NCBI RefSeq assembly: GCF_006345805.1
Contig: NC_043000.1
Span: 156,550,001 to 156,614,000 of the forward strand
Length of the DNA stretch: 64,000 nucleotides
DNA from: Octopus sinensis
Taxonomy: Eukaryota
Direction of reading: 5' to 3'
The notes below the pieces were generated by a model that ran no database searches, was not told the origin of the DNA, and saw only the letters and a program-made list of their open reading frames with translations. The position numbers were made by a program, and so were the translations under genes. Below are positions 49,288-63,244 of this stretch, in pieces. The first letter of the stretch is position 1; each line of letters opens with the position of its first letter.

Positions 49288-50209
49288 TGTTTCTTTATTG
49301 GCCACACAGGGCTGCACACAGATAGAACAAATTACAAGGTAGAGCTTTTCTTTTGAAGGTTTAAAAAAAAAAAAAAAAAAAGAAAAAAATAGGAAGGGGG
49401 AGTTTCGATCAAAAGGGATCGTAAAAGGAGAGAAAGAGGACAAAAAAGGGGGGTTTAAAAAAAAGGGGGAGAGGAAGAAAAAAAAGAGAAAAAAAAAAAA
49501 AAAAAATTGATCAATAGGGATCGTCATCAATATGAAGTGTAAAGGGGAGGACAGGTGAGGTTTACCCGTGGAAAGAAAAGCCTACGGAAAAGACCACGGT
49601 AACCTCGGTCAATGGAGTTACATGTTATATTTCTTTTTTTTTTTTTTTTTTGGAAATAAGCAACTCTCTGTTTTCAATTTCTGGGTTCATAGGACCATGC
49701 TCAAGGTGGCTTCGTCATTCATACGTGCCATTCTTGCTACATTCACCCATCTTTTTTTAAAACATTCGCTAGACAAAACTTGCCTCTCTACTCTCACTTT
49801 TTTCTTCAAGTGATACTTGAAGAAGTTGATGAGAGATTGACCAGAGAGGAAAGTGTTTGTCTCTAATCCTTTCAGACGCGTCCACCAGCAGGTCGGCCCT
49901 GTGTTTCTCGAGCCGTGTCTGTAGAGCTTATCCCGAACGGGTAGCGCTTCTCGGTAGCACTGCCAGGCCAGGGATCTCTGGAAGTTGTCCATGGGCCCTG
50001 GCCCGAAAGTCGTCCTGAACAGGCGGGTGAGGTACTCCTCGTCAACGTCCAGGTTCGCCCCAGGCTCGTCGTCCACTAAACCCCTATAGAATGCTTTGGT
50101 TGTGTTGAAGTCACTCAGGTCGACCCAGGACAGCAGAGTTGCTTGAGAGCAACGCGACACTCGCGATGCCATTCGCCATCGCGAGTGTCGCGTTGCTCTC
50201 AAGCACTCT
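49288..50209 (-). mobile_element. L1/Tx1 LINE 3' fragment (ORF2 C-terminus, 3' UTR, AATAAA)
   Basis: FYRGLV..TFGPGPMDNFQRSLAWQCYREALPVRDKLYRHGS..PTC (zf-RVT-like, internal deletion); AATAAA at 49299-49294; (TATC)n on both sides. Confidence 0.8.
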
Positions 50210-50210
50210 T

Positions 50211-50260
<50 letters not shown>

Positions 50261-50313
50261 GAGATAGATAGATAGATAGAGAGATAGATAGATAGATAGA
50301 TAGATAGAGATAT

Positions 50314-50413
50314 NNNNNNNNNNNNNNNNNNNNNNNNNNNNNNNNNNNNNNNNNNNNNNNNNNNNNNNNNNNNNNNNNNNNNNNNNNNNNNNNNNNNNNN
50401 NNNNNNNNNNNNN
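50314..50413. other. Assembly gap (100 N)
   Basis: Run of N. Confidence 1.
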
Positions 50414-50500
50414 TCTATTCCTGAGCGCCATACTAATACATTTGTTTGTGTTGTATTCCACCTGCCTTCGTCTTTTGTTTATTTTCGTAAACATTCTCGT
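50414..50500 (+). mobile_element. 3' part of short PLE-derived element, cut by the gap
   Basis: TTCCTGAGCGCCATACTAATAC..CACCTGCCTTCGTCTTTTG matches the reverse complement of 29708-29765. Confidence 0.6.
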
Positions 50501-50628
50501 TATATATATATATATATATACTATCAATAATAACAAAGGGTAAAATTAATTAATTAAGTAGTAATGAATAATTTCACCAAGTATAATTCGGCATGAAAAA
50601 GGACCCTTTCACGGTAAACTTAAGTAAT

Positions 50629-50790
50629 ACTTTATAATTAAGGTTCAGCAAAGATTTGCTTTATCACATACCGAAGTTTAGAAATAGCAGCCATTTTTAA
50701 AGTAGAGGAAATAGCTAAGGTTTTTTGGCTGCTATTTCTAAACTTCGGTATGTGGTAAAGCAAATCTTTGCTGAACCCTAATTATAAAGT
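50629..50790. repeat. MITE-like palindrome, 65-bp arms
   Basis: 50629-50693 and 50726-50790, with TA-rich flanks. Confidence 0.85.
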
Positions 50791-50791
50791 G

Positions 50792-50855
<64 letters not shown>

Positions 50856-51149
50856 ATATATATATATATATACACACACACACATGAATGTATGTATGTA
50901 TATATGTAATTGTTTTCTTCTTTAAGCTAATAAGCTAAATTATGGATATACACTTCATAGCCGGTCTTCGCAGCTTCTATGAAACTATTTGGAGTTGCAC
51001 CAGCATTCAACTATGGGTGCATCTCATCATACAGCAAAAACGGCTGTAAGCTAATGAAGTCCATGATACAATATCTCATTCCTCTGTCATTAAAATGTTT
51101 TATATAAATGTAATGGAGTGGGTGCTTACAGCAGATATGGATTTCCTGT

Positions 51150-52080
51150 CCAGCAGAAACTAGAAAAGGAAGCGGCGTAATCTTGTCAGAGTTTTTTGGG
51201 ACAAGGGACGACACTCAAATGGTTGCATATCTCTGAAGCGATGTATACATTCGTTATATCGCCCAGAATTTCAGAGACAGCTTCACCTCAGCCAGGTTCT
51301 GAGTAAGATTAGCCACTCTGTTCGTGATCTCTTCTCACTTCCTATCCAACTTGTGGTTTTTCCGATCCAGTCTCCGAGCACTTTCACCGGACTCTCCATC
51401 CAGCGACATGGACTTGCCTCTTTCATTATCTAGTTGCAAACCCACCGATTTGTCCTCATTTTACGTCTTCTCCTGGAAATACCTGGCATTCTTTTAGCAG
51501 AGTGTCAATCGCTTCTGTATTCGAAGTATTTGACACCATAGCAATGACGTAATCCACGTATGCAGACACGGCTCTAGTGTGACTGAGTTCCAACGAGATA
51601 TCCATCAGACTTGCCAGCCTTCGCAGTAAAGGCCCCAACGCTGATACATATAACAGCAAGTGAAGGAGACGTCCACGGCGGACTGAGCGTTCGATGCTGA
51701 AAAATTCTGAAAGGTGGACTTGTTAATTTGATCAGTAAGCATTTGCCCCTATATATTGAGGTGTCCCAGCCTCTGAAGACGTGTCTGACACCAATAACTC
51801 TCAGGATAGCTACCAGATAGCAATAAACTACTCTGTTAAGGGGTATAGACTGATTCAAATTGACCAGTGTCCTGCAAAAGCCAGATCTTTCCATTCTTCT
51901 AAGATGTGTCGCATGAGGTGGAGGTTGTCGTGAATAGACTTAACGGGGATTGCACAGATTTGTGCATCTCAAAGGTCTCTTTTATGATCTATATATACCA
52001 CACGGTCGCTGCAGTCATTCACAGACCGACATCTAGCTATAGAGTTAACAATAAGAAAGCAAAAAACCTTCAGCAGAACT
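51150..52080 (-). mobile_element. Decayed L1/Tx1 reverse transcriptase fragment
   Basis: QICAIPVKSIHDNLHLMRHI, LVNLNQS..RV..YL, LLYVSALGPLLRRL, VSAYVDYV (AYADD site), YIAS..VVPCP. Confidence 0.8.
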
Positions 52081-52518
52081 GTCTAAATGAATTCAGCTAG
52101 TATATAAAAAGCAACACAGGCACCAAATATATAGCGATTCTTGGAAATGAGACTGTGAAGTTCCGGAAACGTCGAATATGAACTTAGGAACATTTTGTTA
52201 TGAACTAGCTGTAAGAGAAAACAAAGAAAACTAATAAGAAAAAAAGAAAAAGTCTATAATGAATAAGATTAGATTAAACAAAATCGTGCACTAATTAATA
52301 TTAACATGTTTTAATATATATTTGTAATTTTCATAACTTAAAGCTTTGAAGGTACATAATACTATATGTAGTCTCCTATTTTACATTTCATGGTGTTCTT
52401 CTTAAGACTTTCTTGCTCTAATTTGGAATCACATCTAACACCTCACCTTCACATATATACATATATACATATATACATGTACATATATATATATATGTGT
52501 TGTGCAGGGCCGTGTAGT

Positions 52519-52951
52519 ATAGGCGCAGGCGTGGCTGTGTGGCATAGGCGTAGGCGTAGTTGTGTGGCATAAGTGCAGGTGTGGCTGTGTGGTAACAAGC
52601 TTGCTTCCCAAAAACATGGTTCCGAGTTCAGTCCCACTGCGTGACACTTTGGGCAAATGTCTTCTGTTATAGCCTCGGGCCGACCAAAGCCTTGTTAGTA
52701 GATTTGGTAGACAGGAATTGAAAGAAGTCTGTCGTATGTGTGTGTGTGTGTTGTCGCCATCATCGCTTGACAACCGATATTGGTGTGTTTACGTCCCCGT
52801 AACTTATCGGTTCGTCAAAAGAGAACGATAAAGTAACTATTAGGCTTGCAAAAAATAAGTTCTGGGGTGGACTTGTCCGACTAAAGGCGGTGCTCCAGCA
52901 TGGCCGCCGCCAAATGACTGAAACAAATAAAAGAATAAAAGAATAAAAGAA
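52519..52951 (+). mobile_element. SINE family A with triplicated 25-bp head
   Basis: ATAGGCGCAGGCGTGGCTGTGTGGC-like unit at 52519, 52544 and 52569; (AAAAGAAT)n tail. Confidence 0.85.
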
Positions 52952-53664
52952 TGTATACATATATATGTGTCTGTGTGCGTGTATGTATGTATATACTTCG
53001 ATACGGGAAAAGTTTACAACCTTCTACGTCAACAGACCACTGGTGTTCCTGAAAGTTCTTTCTCTTTTATACCTTGAAGCTTACTAACTTCTTACACATT
53101 GATCCTTGGATCTAACCTTTGTGCGCGCACTCATACACACACACGCGCGCACACACACGCGCGCACACACACGCGCGCACACACACACGCGCACACACAC
53201 ACGCACGCGCGCACACACACACGCGCGCATGCACGCATGCACGCATGCACACACACACACGTATGTATGTATGTCATTGTTCAGTTTTATTTCAAGATTT
53301 CTTGCCAATAGAGAAAGAACCGGTTTCTAACCTACATTCAAGACTCCTTCATTGAAATTTCAACATCAACAACAGGGTATTTTTGTATGTATGTATGTAT
53401 GTATGTATGTATGTATGTATGTACGTATGTATGTACGTATGTATGTATGTATGTATGTATGTATATGTGCAAATTTGTATGTTTTGCTTTATGTATGTAT
53501 TCTCATGCATATAGTTACATGTTCATATATATTTAAATGTTAAACTTCTGGAAAGTTTTACAGATTGGTTCTGTAGTCTTTGAGTTAGCTTATGTATGTA
53601 TGTATGTATGTATGTATGTATGTATGTATGTATGTATGTATGTATGTATGTGTGTATGTATGTA

Positions 53665-54062
53665 TGTCTCTTCTAATTTTTAATTATTATAAATCTTCCA
53701 CCGAGGAGGTAGCCGGTTCCCAAGGCTCTATCTCTGGGATGTAGGTAACGCAGACAAATTCACATTTGGAACTTGATAAACGTCTTGCATGTTTTTCCTG
53801 TTCCACTCACAGATTGCACTTGTAATGAACCGGTTAATTTCTCTTTCTGAAAATCCCAGTTTATCCAGATTCTCTTTTAAGAATTTACTACAAAAACCTA
53901 GTGCTCCAATGTTGGTATGAATGTGAATTTATAGTCGGGATATAGAAGCTGGAGGTTTTGAACCAGTTGTCCATAGATATCCACTTTTTTTTTGATTTTT
54001 ATATCTGCAGGGCAGCTGACCCTATGATGATACATACTTTTACCTCTCTGTCCCACGCACCA
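53665..54062 (-). mobile_element. RLE-type LINE 3' end
   Basis: VSCPADI..IYGQLVQNLQLLYPDYKFTFIP; same family as 63245-63990. Confidence 0.8.
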
Positions 54063-54143
54063 TGACCTCAGATGAATAATCAAATGACTACATATGCATA
54101 CATACGAACATATATATATACATACATACATATGTATCCATCT

Positions 54144-54185
<42 letters not shown>

Positions 54186-54186
54186 T

Positions 54187-54411
54187 AGGCGAGCTGGCAG
54201 AAACGTTAGCACGCCGGGCGAAGTGCGTAGCCGTATTTCGTCTGTTATTACGTTCTGAGTTCAAATTCCGCCGAGGTCGACTTAGCCTTTCATCCTTTCG
54301 GGGTCGATAAATTAAGTACCAGTTACGCACTGGGGTCGATGTAATCGACTAAATCCGTTGTCTGTCCTTGTTTGTCCCCTCTGTGGTTTAGCCCCTTGGG
54401 GTAGTAAAGAA

Positions 54412-54413
<2 letters not shown>
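54187..54413 (+). mobile_element. SINE family B
   Basis: Family B consensus match. Confidence 0.9.
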
Positions 54414-54445
<32 letters not shown>

Positions 54446-54666
54446 ATATATATATATATATATATACACACACATACATATAATATGTATTAACTTTAAC
54501 CAACCTTATTCATTCAATATCTTTCTTTTGCTTGCTACAATAAAGTGTGTTATTCTCGGAGATTTTAAAGTGGTAAAAAGGACTTTAGCGTCTATTTCTT
54601 GCAGTGCGTGGTGAGGCATAAAGCCGGTCCTTGTTATAATTATGTATATAATTATAAAGTATTTTG

Positions 54667-54755
<89 letters not shown>

Positions 54756-54778
54756 TATGTATGTATATATATATATAC

Positions 54779-54833
<55 letters not shown>

Positions 54834-55080
54834 TAGATATATAGATATACATATACACAAACATATATATATATACACATACATATGTATACATATCTAT
54901 ATATATATATAACCGAGTGCATATATATGTGTGTGTGCGTAGGTATATCTATCTATCTATCTATCTATCTCTATATATATGTATGTATGTAAGTATATAT
55001 GTATGTCTGTATCTGCTCGACTAAATGAGGTACTCCAGCATTGTCGCGTCAGATGATTGAAACAAGTAAAAGAATAATAG

Positions 55081-55111
<31 letters not shown>

Positions 55112-55128
55112 CTTATATATATATATAT

Positions 55129-55191
<63 letters not shown>

Positions 55192-55899
55192 TGTATGCGG
55201 TGTGTGTGCGTTTAAATGTTTTGTACGCATATATAAAACTGCATGATGCGTGTTAACATGTTGTTTTCGTTGTTAGGTTGTTAAAGATATATCGTAATGA
55301 ATCGATGAAAGTCAGATTGACAGACAAACAAAAGTTAGCTTAACGGGGGAAAACTGGAAAGCACATATCTACGCCGTCTTGCTGTCTCGGCGTGCATAGG
55401 AATGCAGTTGTAATGTCAGGTAAAGGCTGTCTCGCTTGATGCAGACCGCTCCACTAAGTGTGATTGCTGTTGGTTTGTTTAACGGCTTATGATTGACTGT
55501 TTGTTCTCTCTTCCACCGGCTTTCTTTTTCACCGTCTTCTCCATCTCTCTCTCTCTCCCTTCTCTCCGTCCAAATCCCCCCTCTGTCTCTCCCTCTGTCT
55601 CTCTGTCTCTCTCTCAAATACACACGTTCATATTCTAACTGTTATGTTTCTTTTAACCATTTTTTCTCTCTTAATGGTTTTATCAATGAATTACTGTGCC
55701 CATCTAAAAGCTCTGTATGCCCTCCTCTTTCCCTCTTTCTATCTCTCCTTCGCTTTCCATCTATCTCTTTTTATCTCTCTCTCTCTCTCTCTCATTATCA
55801 ATGTTTGTGAATGACTATGTTCTGCAAGTTCTGTCACTTCTCTCTTTCTTTGATAATCTAGCTTTTCTTCATTGTTTCTCTCCGCACTTCTGTCTATCC

Positions 55900-55989
<90 letters not shown>

Positions 55990-56205
55990 GTCTGTCTGTC
56001 TGTCTGTCCCCGTCTGTGCATTTATCTATCTACACTTGATAAAATACAACACCCCCAAACGCATAACTGCTTCTATAAACAACTTCTAGTCTCTAATCCT
56101 ATTTCCTATCCCTCTTCTTTCTTTATCTCCCCTACTCTCCCCCCTCCCAGTGTCTCATCTCTGTCTATGTGTATCTTTCTGTCTGTCACCTTCTCCCTCC
56201 CTCTC

Positions 56206-56375
56206 TCGGCTGTGTGGTAAGAAGCTTGCCTTCCAACCACATGGTTCCGGGTTCAGTTCCACTGCGTGGCACCTTGGGCAAGTGTCGTCTACTATAGCCT
56301 CGGCTCGACCAAAGCCTTGTGAGTGGATTTGGTAGATGGATACTGAAAGAAACCCTTCGTATATATATAGATATA

Positions 56376-56462
<87 letters not shown>

Positions 56463-56570
56463 CATATATTTATTTATATATATATGTGTATGTTTGTGTG
56501 TCTGTATTTGTCCCCCACCATCGCTTGACAACCGATGTTGGTGTGTTTATGCCCCAATGACCGATAGAAT
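56206..56570 (+). mobile_element. SINE family A, 3'-truncated
   Basis: Head, CCTTGGGCAAGTGTC, long (TA)n core. Confidence 0.85.
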
Positions 56571-56589
56571 AATTTATTTTTTTTATTTG

Positions 56590-57470
56590 TTTCAGGATGT
56601 TATTGACAAGATTATTCCAGAAGAACTGCTTGAATAAAGATGCCGGATCTCTTGGAAATCGTCGAAACTCAAACCATTCATAATATATGTAGAATAACCA
56701 ATCCACCTCCTTTTCCATCTAAGAAATGAGAAAAAAAAGTCAATAGTTAGTTGTTTTAAAGAATTTTCCCACGAAACAGAAATCGTCAATGATTGATATT
56801 TCTTTCATCTCAGACATAAACCAGAAAATGGGCAATGTTCTCAACAAACCACCGAACATAAACAAAGAATTTATTGACAATTTGGAGTAGATTTCTATCA
56901 GTACGTCTCTGGATGAAGATACTAAATCAACTGTGACCTATGATTCTGTAAGGTCACTGTCCTTTAATAAGGTACCAACTGCAGGTTCGATTCCAACTGA
57001 AATATGTTGGTGAGACATTAAAAAGCTAACTTGTTTTTCTAGCTGTAAGATAGGCCATGAGAAGTGTATAGAGTACAGTGAGGTCTTCTACTCAATTATT
57101 GTTGATCTTATAAGGAAAAGCTTTTAATGCAGTCAGTTGCAGTGTTTTATAGAAAATATTTGTCAAATATGGTTTGCTTTTCTTCGTCTGAGACGACTGT
57201 TTAAGAAAATGACGACTAGTTTCATAAGAGCTGTCATCTTAATTGACAAATATTTTTTAATAAAAAGTCAGCAGTTATTCTAAATGACGTTTTTCACGAA
57301 GCTGAGCCCGACAATGATTGATATTTTTCTTTTCCCGGGCAAAAACCAGAAGATGGAAGCAAGACAGAACCCTAAAAGTTGGATGAGAGAAACTTAGTTT
57401 GGTCTATTGATGGGAAGTTCCACAAACAAATCGTAGTGCAGGCTTCTAAAGACGAATATTAGATTTGAGG
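56590..57470 (+). mobile_element. Decayed RTE (BovB-like) LINE, linker and RT N-terminus
   Basis: NVLNKPPNINKEFIDNLE.I.I..SLD, SLS.NK..GSIPTEI, MIDIF..GQ.QK pattern; many stops. Confidence 0.6.
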
Positions 57471-58199
57471 GCTGCAACTCTATCAAATTTGTTATACACG
57501 TGAACCCGAGAAGAAACTACAAATTTAATTGTAAAACTGAAAGTTGTAAACCTCAGGACTCCAACTGTCACATTGAACATAGTAGAACACTCTCTCAAAG
57601 GAGATTACAACAAGGAGCAATCGCAAAACACAATACCATACAAATCTCTAGCTGTAAAATCTTCATGGATTCAATTAATATACAGACGATATATGTATCC
57701 ACTTCTTGGAAATTAGACTGTGAAGTACTGGAAACATCGAATATGGATTTAGATACTTTACGGTTCCAAACAGTAAAAAAAAAAAAAATACAAAAATATC
57801 TAAAGTAAGATAAAGCCTGAACATAGACGGCATTAAATGACACATATGTACGCAAATACACACACACACACACACGCCACACACACACACAAAAGCTTTC
57901 TCTTTCTCTCTCTTGCACACATATGTACATATATAACCTGTGATCACTTACATGGGTAATGGAAATCCACTCGTAGCCATCCAGTCTATTTTGATATAAT
58001 GTATAACTAAGAGGGCATCGTCCAATGTGTTGTTTGGAAAGACGCAAGTGTGGTGTCGTTGGTGGAAGTCTAGGCTCTAGGGTGGTACTTGCGATATTTC
58101 TTGCTTTTTTCTTCACTATCGTCCGAAGACTGGAACCGAAATACACCAATAGAAAGTTCTGCGAGGTTATATCGACCTCTCTCTTTCACACTTTCTCTT

Positions 58200-58245
<46 letters not shown>

Positions 58246-58324
58246 GTCTGTCTGTCTGTCTGTCTGTATGTCTGTCTGTCTGTCTGAATGTCGTCTGTCT
58301 ATCTAACTATTCTCTCTATGTATG

Positions 58325-58358
<34 letters not shown>

Positions 58359-58361
58359 ATA

Positions 58362-58420
<59 letters not shown>

Positions 58421-58599
58421 GTATACATACATACATAATATATGTATATGGTGTGTGTAAGTATATATATAAATATATATATATATGTGTGTGTGTGGTG
58501 TGTATGTAATTTATGTATATGTATACAGGGATACAAATATATGTAGATATATGTAGGAATATACAGACACACACACATACACACACACACACACACACA

Positions 58600-58643
<44 letters not shown>

Positions 58644-58782
58644 TACACACACATAAAGGGAGCCCACATATCAGAGAGTGAATGTGAATTATGATCTATT
58701 TCCCGCCTTTTATGTGCTTCTTTCTGGCACTATTTATATTTTTATTCAAAAATGATTTCTTTCTTTCTTTCATCCTCTGCAG

Positions 58783-58902
58783 ATTCCAGTCGTGGAAACC
58801 ATAAATTACGATGGTAAAGTGGAGTCTTCAGAAAAATTACTGCAAACTGATTGGACAGAGGCCAAATTGGCAGAAATCTTTAGAGGAAACATCGTTAAGT
58901 AG
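58783..58902 (+). CDS. Possible isolated coding exon, product unknown
   Basis: Polypyrimidine tract + CAG acceptor at 58782, then open frame IPVVETINYDGKVESSEKLLQTDWTEAKLAEIFRGNIVK*; no homology recognised. Confidence 0.25.
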   Translation: MPVVETINYDGKVESSEKLLQTDWTEAKLAEIFRGNIVK

Positions 58903-58954
58903 TACCATACTGGTATTAAAGGCTTTTTCGGTTGCTCTAACTGCGGTGCGGCTA

Positions 58955-59388
<434 letters not shown>

Positions 59389-59489
59389 AGTAGTAGATAA
59401 TTCTACTGGATCTAGAATTATCCAGTAATTTTTTTTACTAGTTTCATCACGTCTTTTTGTCTTTTCTCCATGCTGCTGTATGAAAACTT

Positions 59490-61560
59490 AAGGTAGTTTT
59501 AGAGTCGGTTCATGGCTGCTATTTTCAGCATGGTGGTTTCTCGTCTTCCTTTCAGTGAGTAGAGCTTCAGTTGTTGTAACCTCTCCCAGTAGCTCATGTG
59601 GTTCACTGTGTCAATCTTCTTCGTGTAGAGGCGTTGCATTGCCTCAAGTCCTGCTCGGAACTGATGCTCTGCGGTGACCACAGCTGGGAGTAGTAATCCT
59701 TACGACTGAGGATAAATGTCCTCCATAGGAGTAGCAAGACATCTTGATTTCTGGTTCTGAATGGTCTAAGGATCCATGCAGCTACTCGCCTGCACAGTGT
59801 TACCATCCTGGCAATATGCACATGGAATGTTGCATCACTACTCATGTGGATTCCCAGGTCACGCACCGATCCTAACTCTGGGATTGCATTGCCCTTGGTT
59901 CTATGTATTCCGATTGTAGACTGATTGTGGGCCAGTAGCGAAGTGCGTGAAATTCATCAGCATTGAACTGCTTGTTATTTTCATCAGCCCATTTGTATAC
60001 TGTATGTAGATCATTTTGTAGTTTTACTATGTTATTAGGGTTCTTGACCACCTGAGATATCTTTGTATCGTCAGAGTAGCTGGTGAGAGTGGCTGACTGT
60101 ACGACTGAGGGCACGTCTGAGAGAGCCACCGCAAACAGTAGTGATCCCAGTACAATTCTCTGAGGAAGTCCGCTGTGGACTGATGTCTCCACGAGAGAAC
60201 ACCATTGGCTGCAGCTGACTGACTTCTGTCCTTTACAAAGTCTCTCAGTTATCCAGTGATACCATGGTCACGCAGTTAGTGATATATCATCCCATGAACA
60301 ACTTTGTCAAAGGCCTTGGCAAAGCCGAGATATATCACATCCATATTGGAGAGGTTGAGTTGCTGCTTCAGTACCCAATCATAATGTAGTAGCTGTGTGA
60401 GGCAGCTGAGCGGAAAACGTGTTGTGTGTTTGTGAGCGAGTTATTCTCTTCCAGATATGTGATCAGTCTTATTCTGACAATGCGTTACATGACCTTGCTG
60501 ACATGTGTAGTCAGAGAGATAGGCCTATGATTTTTAGCATCTGCTCTACTTCCTTTATGGACAAGGTATATGATACCATCTTTTAAAACAGTCTGGGAAG
60601 TTGTTCACATGCAAGGAAACTTCGAAAAAGTATCTGTAATGGTTTTGCGAAAGCTTCTTTGCATGTGTTTAGGAGAACAGACGGAAATCGATTCCACCCG
60701 TTGCCTTGATACAATTAATAGTTGCCTTTTTTTCATGTAAGTCTGCAGTACCGGTTACCCAGTGGAGAGGTGAAGACACTCTGGAATTGATTACTTACTA
60801 CTTCACATATCCTCTTGGGGTTTGCAGTTAGAGAGCCGTCTTCTTCAAACAGAGGTTCTATCTTGCAGTGCACTCTTTCGCGAACTTGTAGATGGCTTTG
60901 AGGTTTATTTTTATATTTCCCACCGCCCTGGTTTGTCTTTCTACCTTTTCCTATTCATGTTAAAGTTTATTTTCGATCTCAAAATGTCTCTCTTTTGGGA
61001 GGGATTTTTTCGCTGTCAATAAATTGTTTAGTTAAGTGATAGGAGATCTTTATTCTCTGTCTCATAAGGACTCACTTGTCTCGAGGAATGATATTTTTGT
61101 ATGTGGCTGCCCTCTTCTCTGAGACAAAATTAATGCAAATGGTTCGCATTATTGACATAAATTCTTTAAGATTATTATTAATGTCTTTCATTGAGAGACT
61201 TAAAGGCCAATTTTGCTGGATAATCCATTTTTTCAATTGACTTCCATTCAGCCTTGTAGAAGTTCAGACAAGACAAAGTTTGGGTGCCGTCTGCGTGGAA
61301 TACATCAGTAATTTATTTTGAACCATGCATCGTGAATTCTACCATGTTGCGGTCTGAAAAAAGTTTGTCAAAGTTATCTTCACGTTGTGCACAAGACCTA
61401 CATTGCTGGTGAAACAGAGGTCTTCTAACATCTTATCATTTCTGGTTGGGGAGAGTATTTGCTCCATTTTTTTGAGGTCAAGTAGAAATTCATATATATG
61501 ACGTAGATAACTTAGATTGGTTTCGGCCATTATCGGCCCAGGCCATGACTAGCTCAATAG
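59490..61560 (-). mobile_element. CR1-group LINE ORF2 remnant (endonuclease end through RT)
   Basis: QILSPTR..LEDLCFT, DVIYLGFAKAFDKV, SGLPQRIVLGSLLF, YSDDTK, RDLGIHMS, YWERLQQLKLYSL. Confidence 0.9.
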
Positions 61561-61589
61561 TACCACATGGAAAAGTCTTTTAATTAATT

Positions 61590-62640
61590 ATTTCTGGACA
61601 CCATGGACCACTCAAGTAGAGAGTTATTGTTGGTTGAGACGCATCCAGGTGTAGTGGTTTATCCGGTATTTCCTGAAGGAATTTGTCCAGGTACTGTTTG
61701 AAAGTTGTGGATCTTTTTCTACTTTAATTTCTTTCAGAATAACATTGAAAAGAGCAGGACCATTTGCAGTGAAGAAATTGTGTTGCAATGTTCTTATGTG
61801 ATGTGATCTCGACCTTTGTTAGAAAAGCATTGCACGGGGACCTAGCCTTGAGTGAACTGTAAACATAATGCCAATATCATTTGAATAATATTGGTGGAAT
61901 ATTTTCCGCATGGTGCAAATAATGTATCGCTCACAGCGACGTTGCAGAGAATAGGGCTTCAGCTGTTTAGGTCGAACACAATAATCAAGTCCCATCATGC
62001 CATTTATTTATTTAGTGATTGATCTTTGTGGCGCTTCGATCTTCATTATATCTTGTTTTTTTTGTAGGGGGACCACAATGGACAGCAGTATTCGAGGTGG
62101 GGCCTCGTGAATGTAGAGAAGAGAAGGATGATGGTTTCATGATTGGAAAGTTCTGACGATCCATGAGCACATTCTGCGGGCAACATCGACTTTTTTGTTG
62201 GTGTGTACACTCCAACTAAGGTTGCTGTTGACAGTTGCACCTAAGTCTCTGATATTATCCGATGGTTCATGTTGCTGTCCCGACGGTAATGTATATGGTT
62301 GTTTGAGTGTGCATTCTCTTCCAAAGCGGATGAGCTCAGATTTTTCTTCCGTTCAACTGCATATTGTTTTTTGTGCCCACTGGTTTACTGCACATAGGTC
62401 TGATTGAAGCATTGTTCGATCATATGCTCCCTTAATGACTTGCTGAAGCTTAGAGTCATCTGCAAATATTTTTATGGTGCTCTGTTCAATAGAACGTGTA
62501 ATGTCATTGATATAGTTATAGACAATAAAAAGAAGTGGACTCAGCACAGTACCCTGCGGAACTCCGCTGATGACTTTTGCTGGTCTTGATTGGAGGCCAA
62601 CACCCACAACATGCTGAGTCCTGTTCGTTAGGAAATACAT
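61590..62640 (-). mobile_element. CR1-group LINE RT to 3' end
   Basis: SGVPQGTVLSPLLF, FADDSKL, TRPHLEYCCPLWSP; 3' end homologous to 40200-40410. Confidence 0.9.
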
Positions 62641-62656
62641 AATCCTTAACAGTATG

Positions 62657-62696
<40 letters not shown>

Positions 62697-62885
62697 ATAT
62701 ATAATATAATATAAATATATGTATGTGTGGTGTTGTGTATATAAATTAATTAGAGGATATGTTAACCCCATGAAGGGATGGTTTCGTCCAAGGAAATACT
62801 GGTTCAATACCTAGTATTTTGGGAGAATGAGTATCCTTAAAATAGTAAGTATATATAAAGCATATAGTTTATATCCATTTAAAAT

Positions 62886-63073
62886 AAGAAAAGAAGATGG
62901 ATATTAGGAAGTTTATAATTGTTTATTATTAACAATAAATTAGTCATCTTCAATGTACATATCTGTAATTAAATTATTGAGTATTAATTGAAACGGCTGT
63001 AAGAACCGAAGATGACCAATTTGTTGTTAATAATAAACAATAATTAACTTCCTAATCTCCATTTTCTTTTCTT
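62886..63073. repeat. Imperfect inverted repeat, 66-bp arms
   Basis: 62886-62951 and 63008-63073. Confidence 0.75.
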
Positions 63074-63123
63074 CTGTTATACACACACAAATACTCACAC
63101 ACACGCACACACGCTCACAGTAT

Positions 63124-63162
<39 letters not shown>

Positions 63163-63244
63163 CTATATAATATATATATATGATATATATATATATATAT
63201 AAATGTACATATGTATGTATGTATGTATCTATGTTCGTAAATAT

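Noticed and set aside
49370-49520. Purine-run-rich region with repeated GATCAA(A/T)AGGGATCGT
   Set aside because: It looks like low-quality sequence or slippage in the Tx1 3' UTR.
49680-52080. Treating the two Tx1 pieces as one element
   Set aside because: The 3' piece has its own 5' junction in (TATC)n and is far less decayed than the RT piece; a gap also lies between them.
52135-57760. Shared about 55-bp motif CTTGGAAAT(G/T)AGACTGTGAAGT..GGAAAC(G/A)TCGAATATG at 52139 and 57705
   Set aside because: Clearly a dispersed repeat, but there is no stem II for a hammerhead and no family I can assign.
62765-62815. GGAC-GAAAC..GUU on the minus strand as a hammerhead
   Set aside because: No CUGANGA strand upstream.
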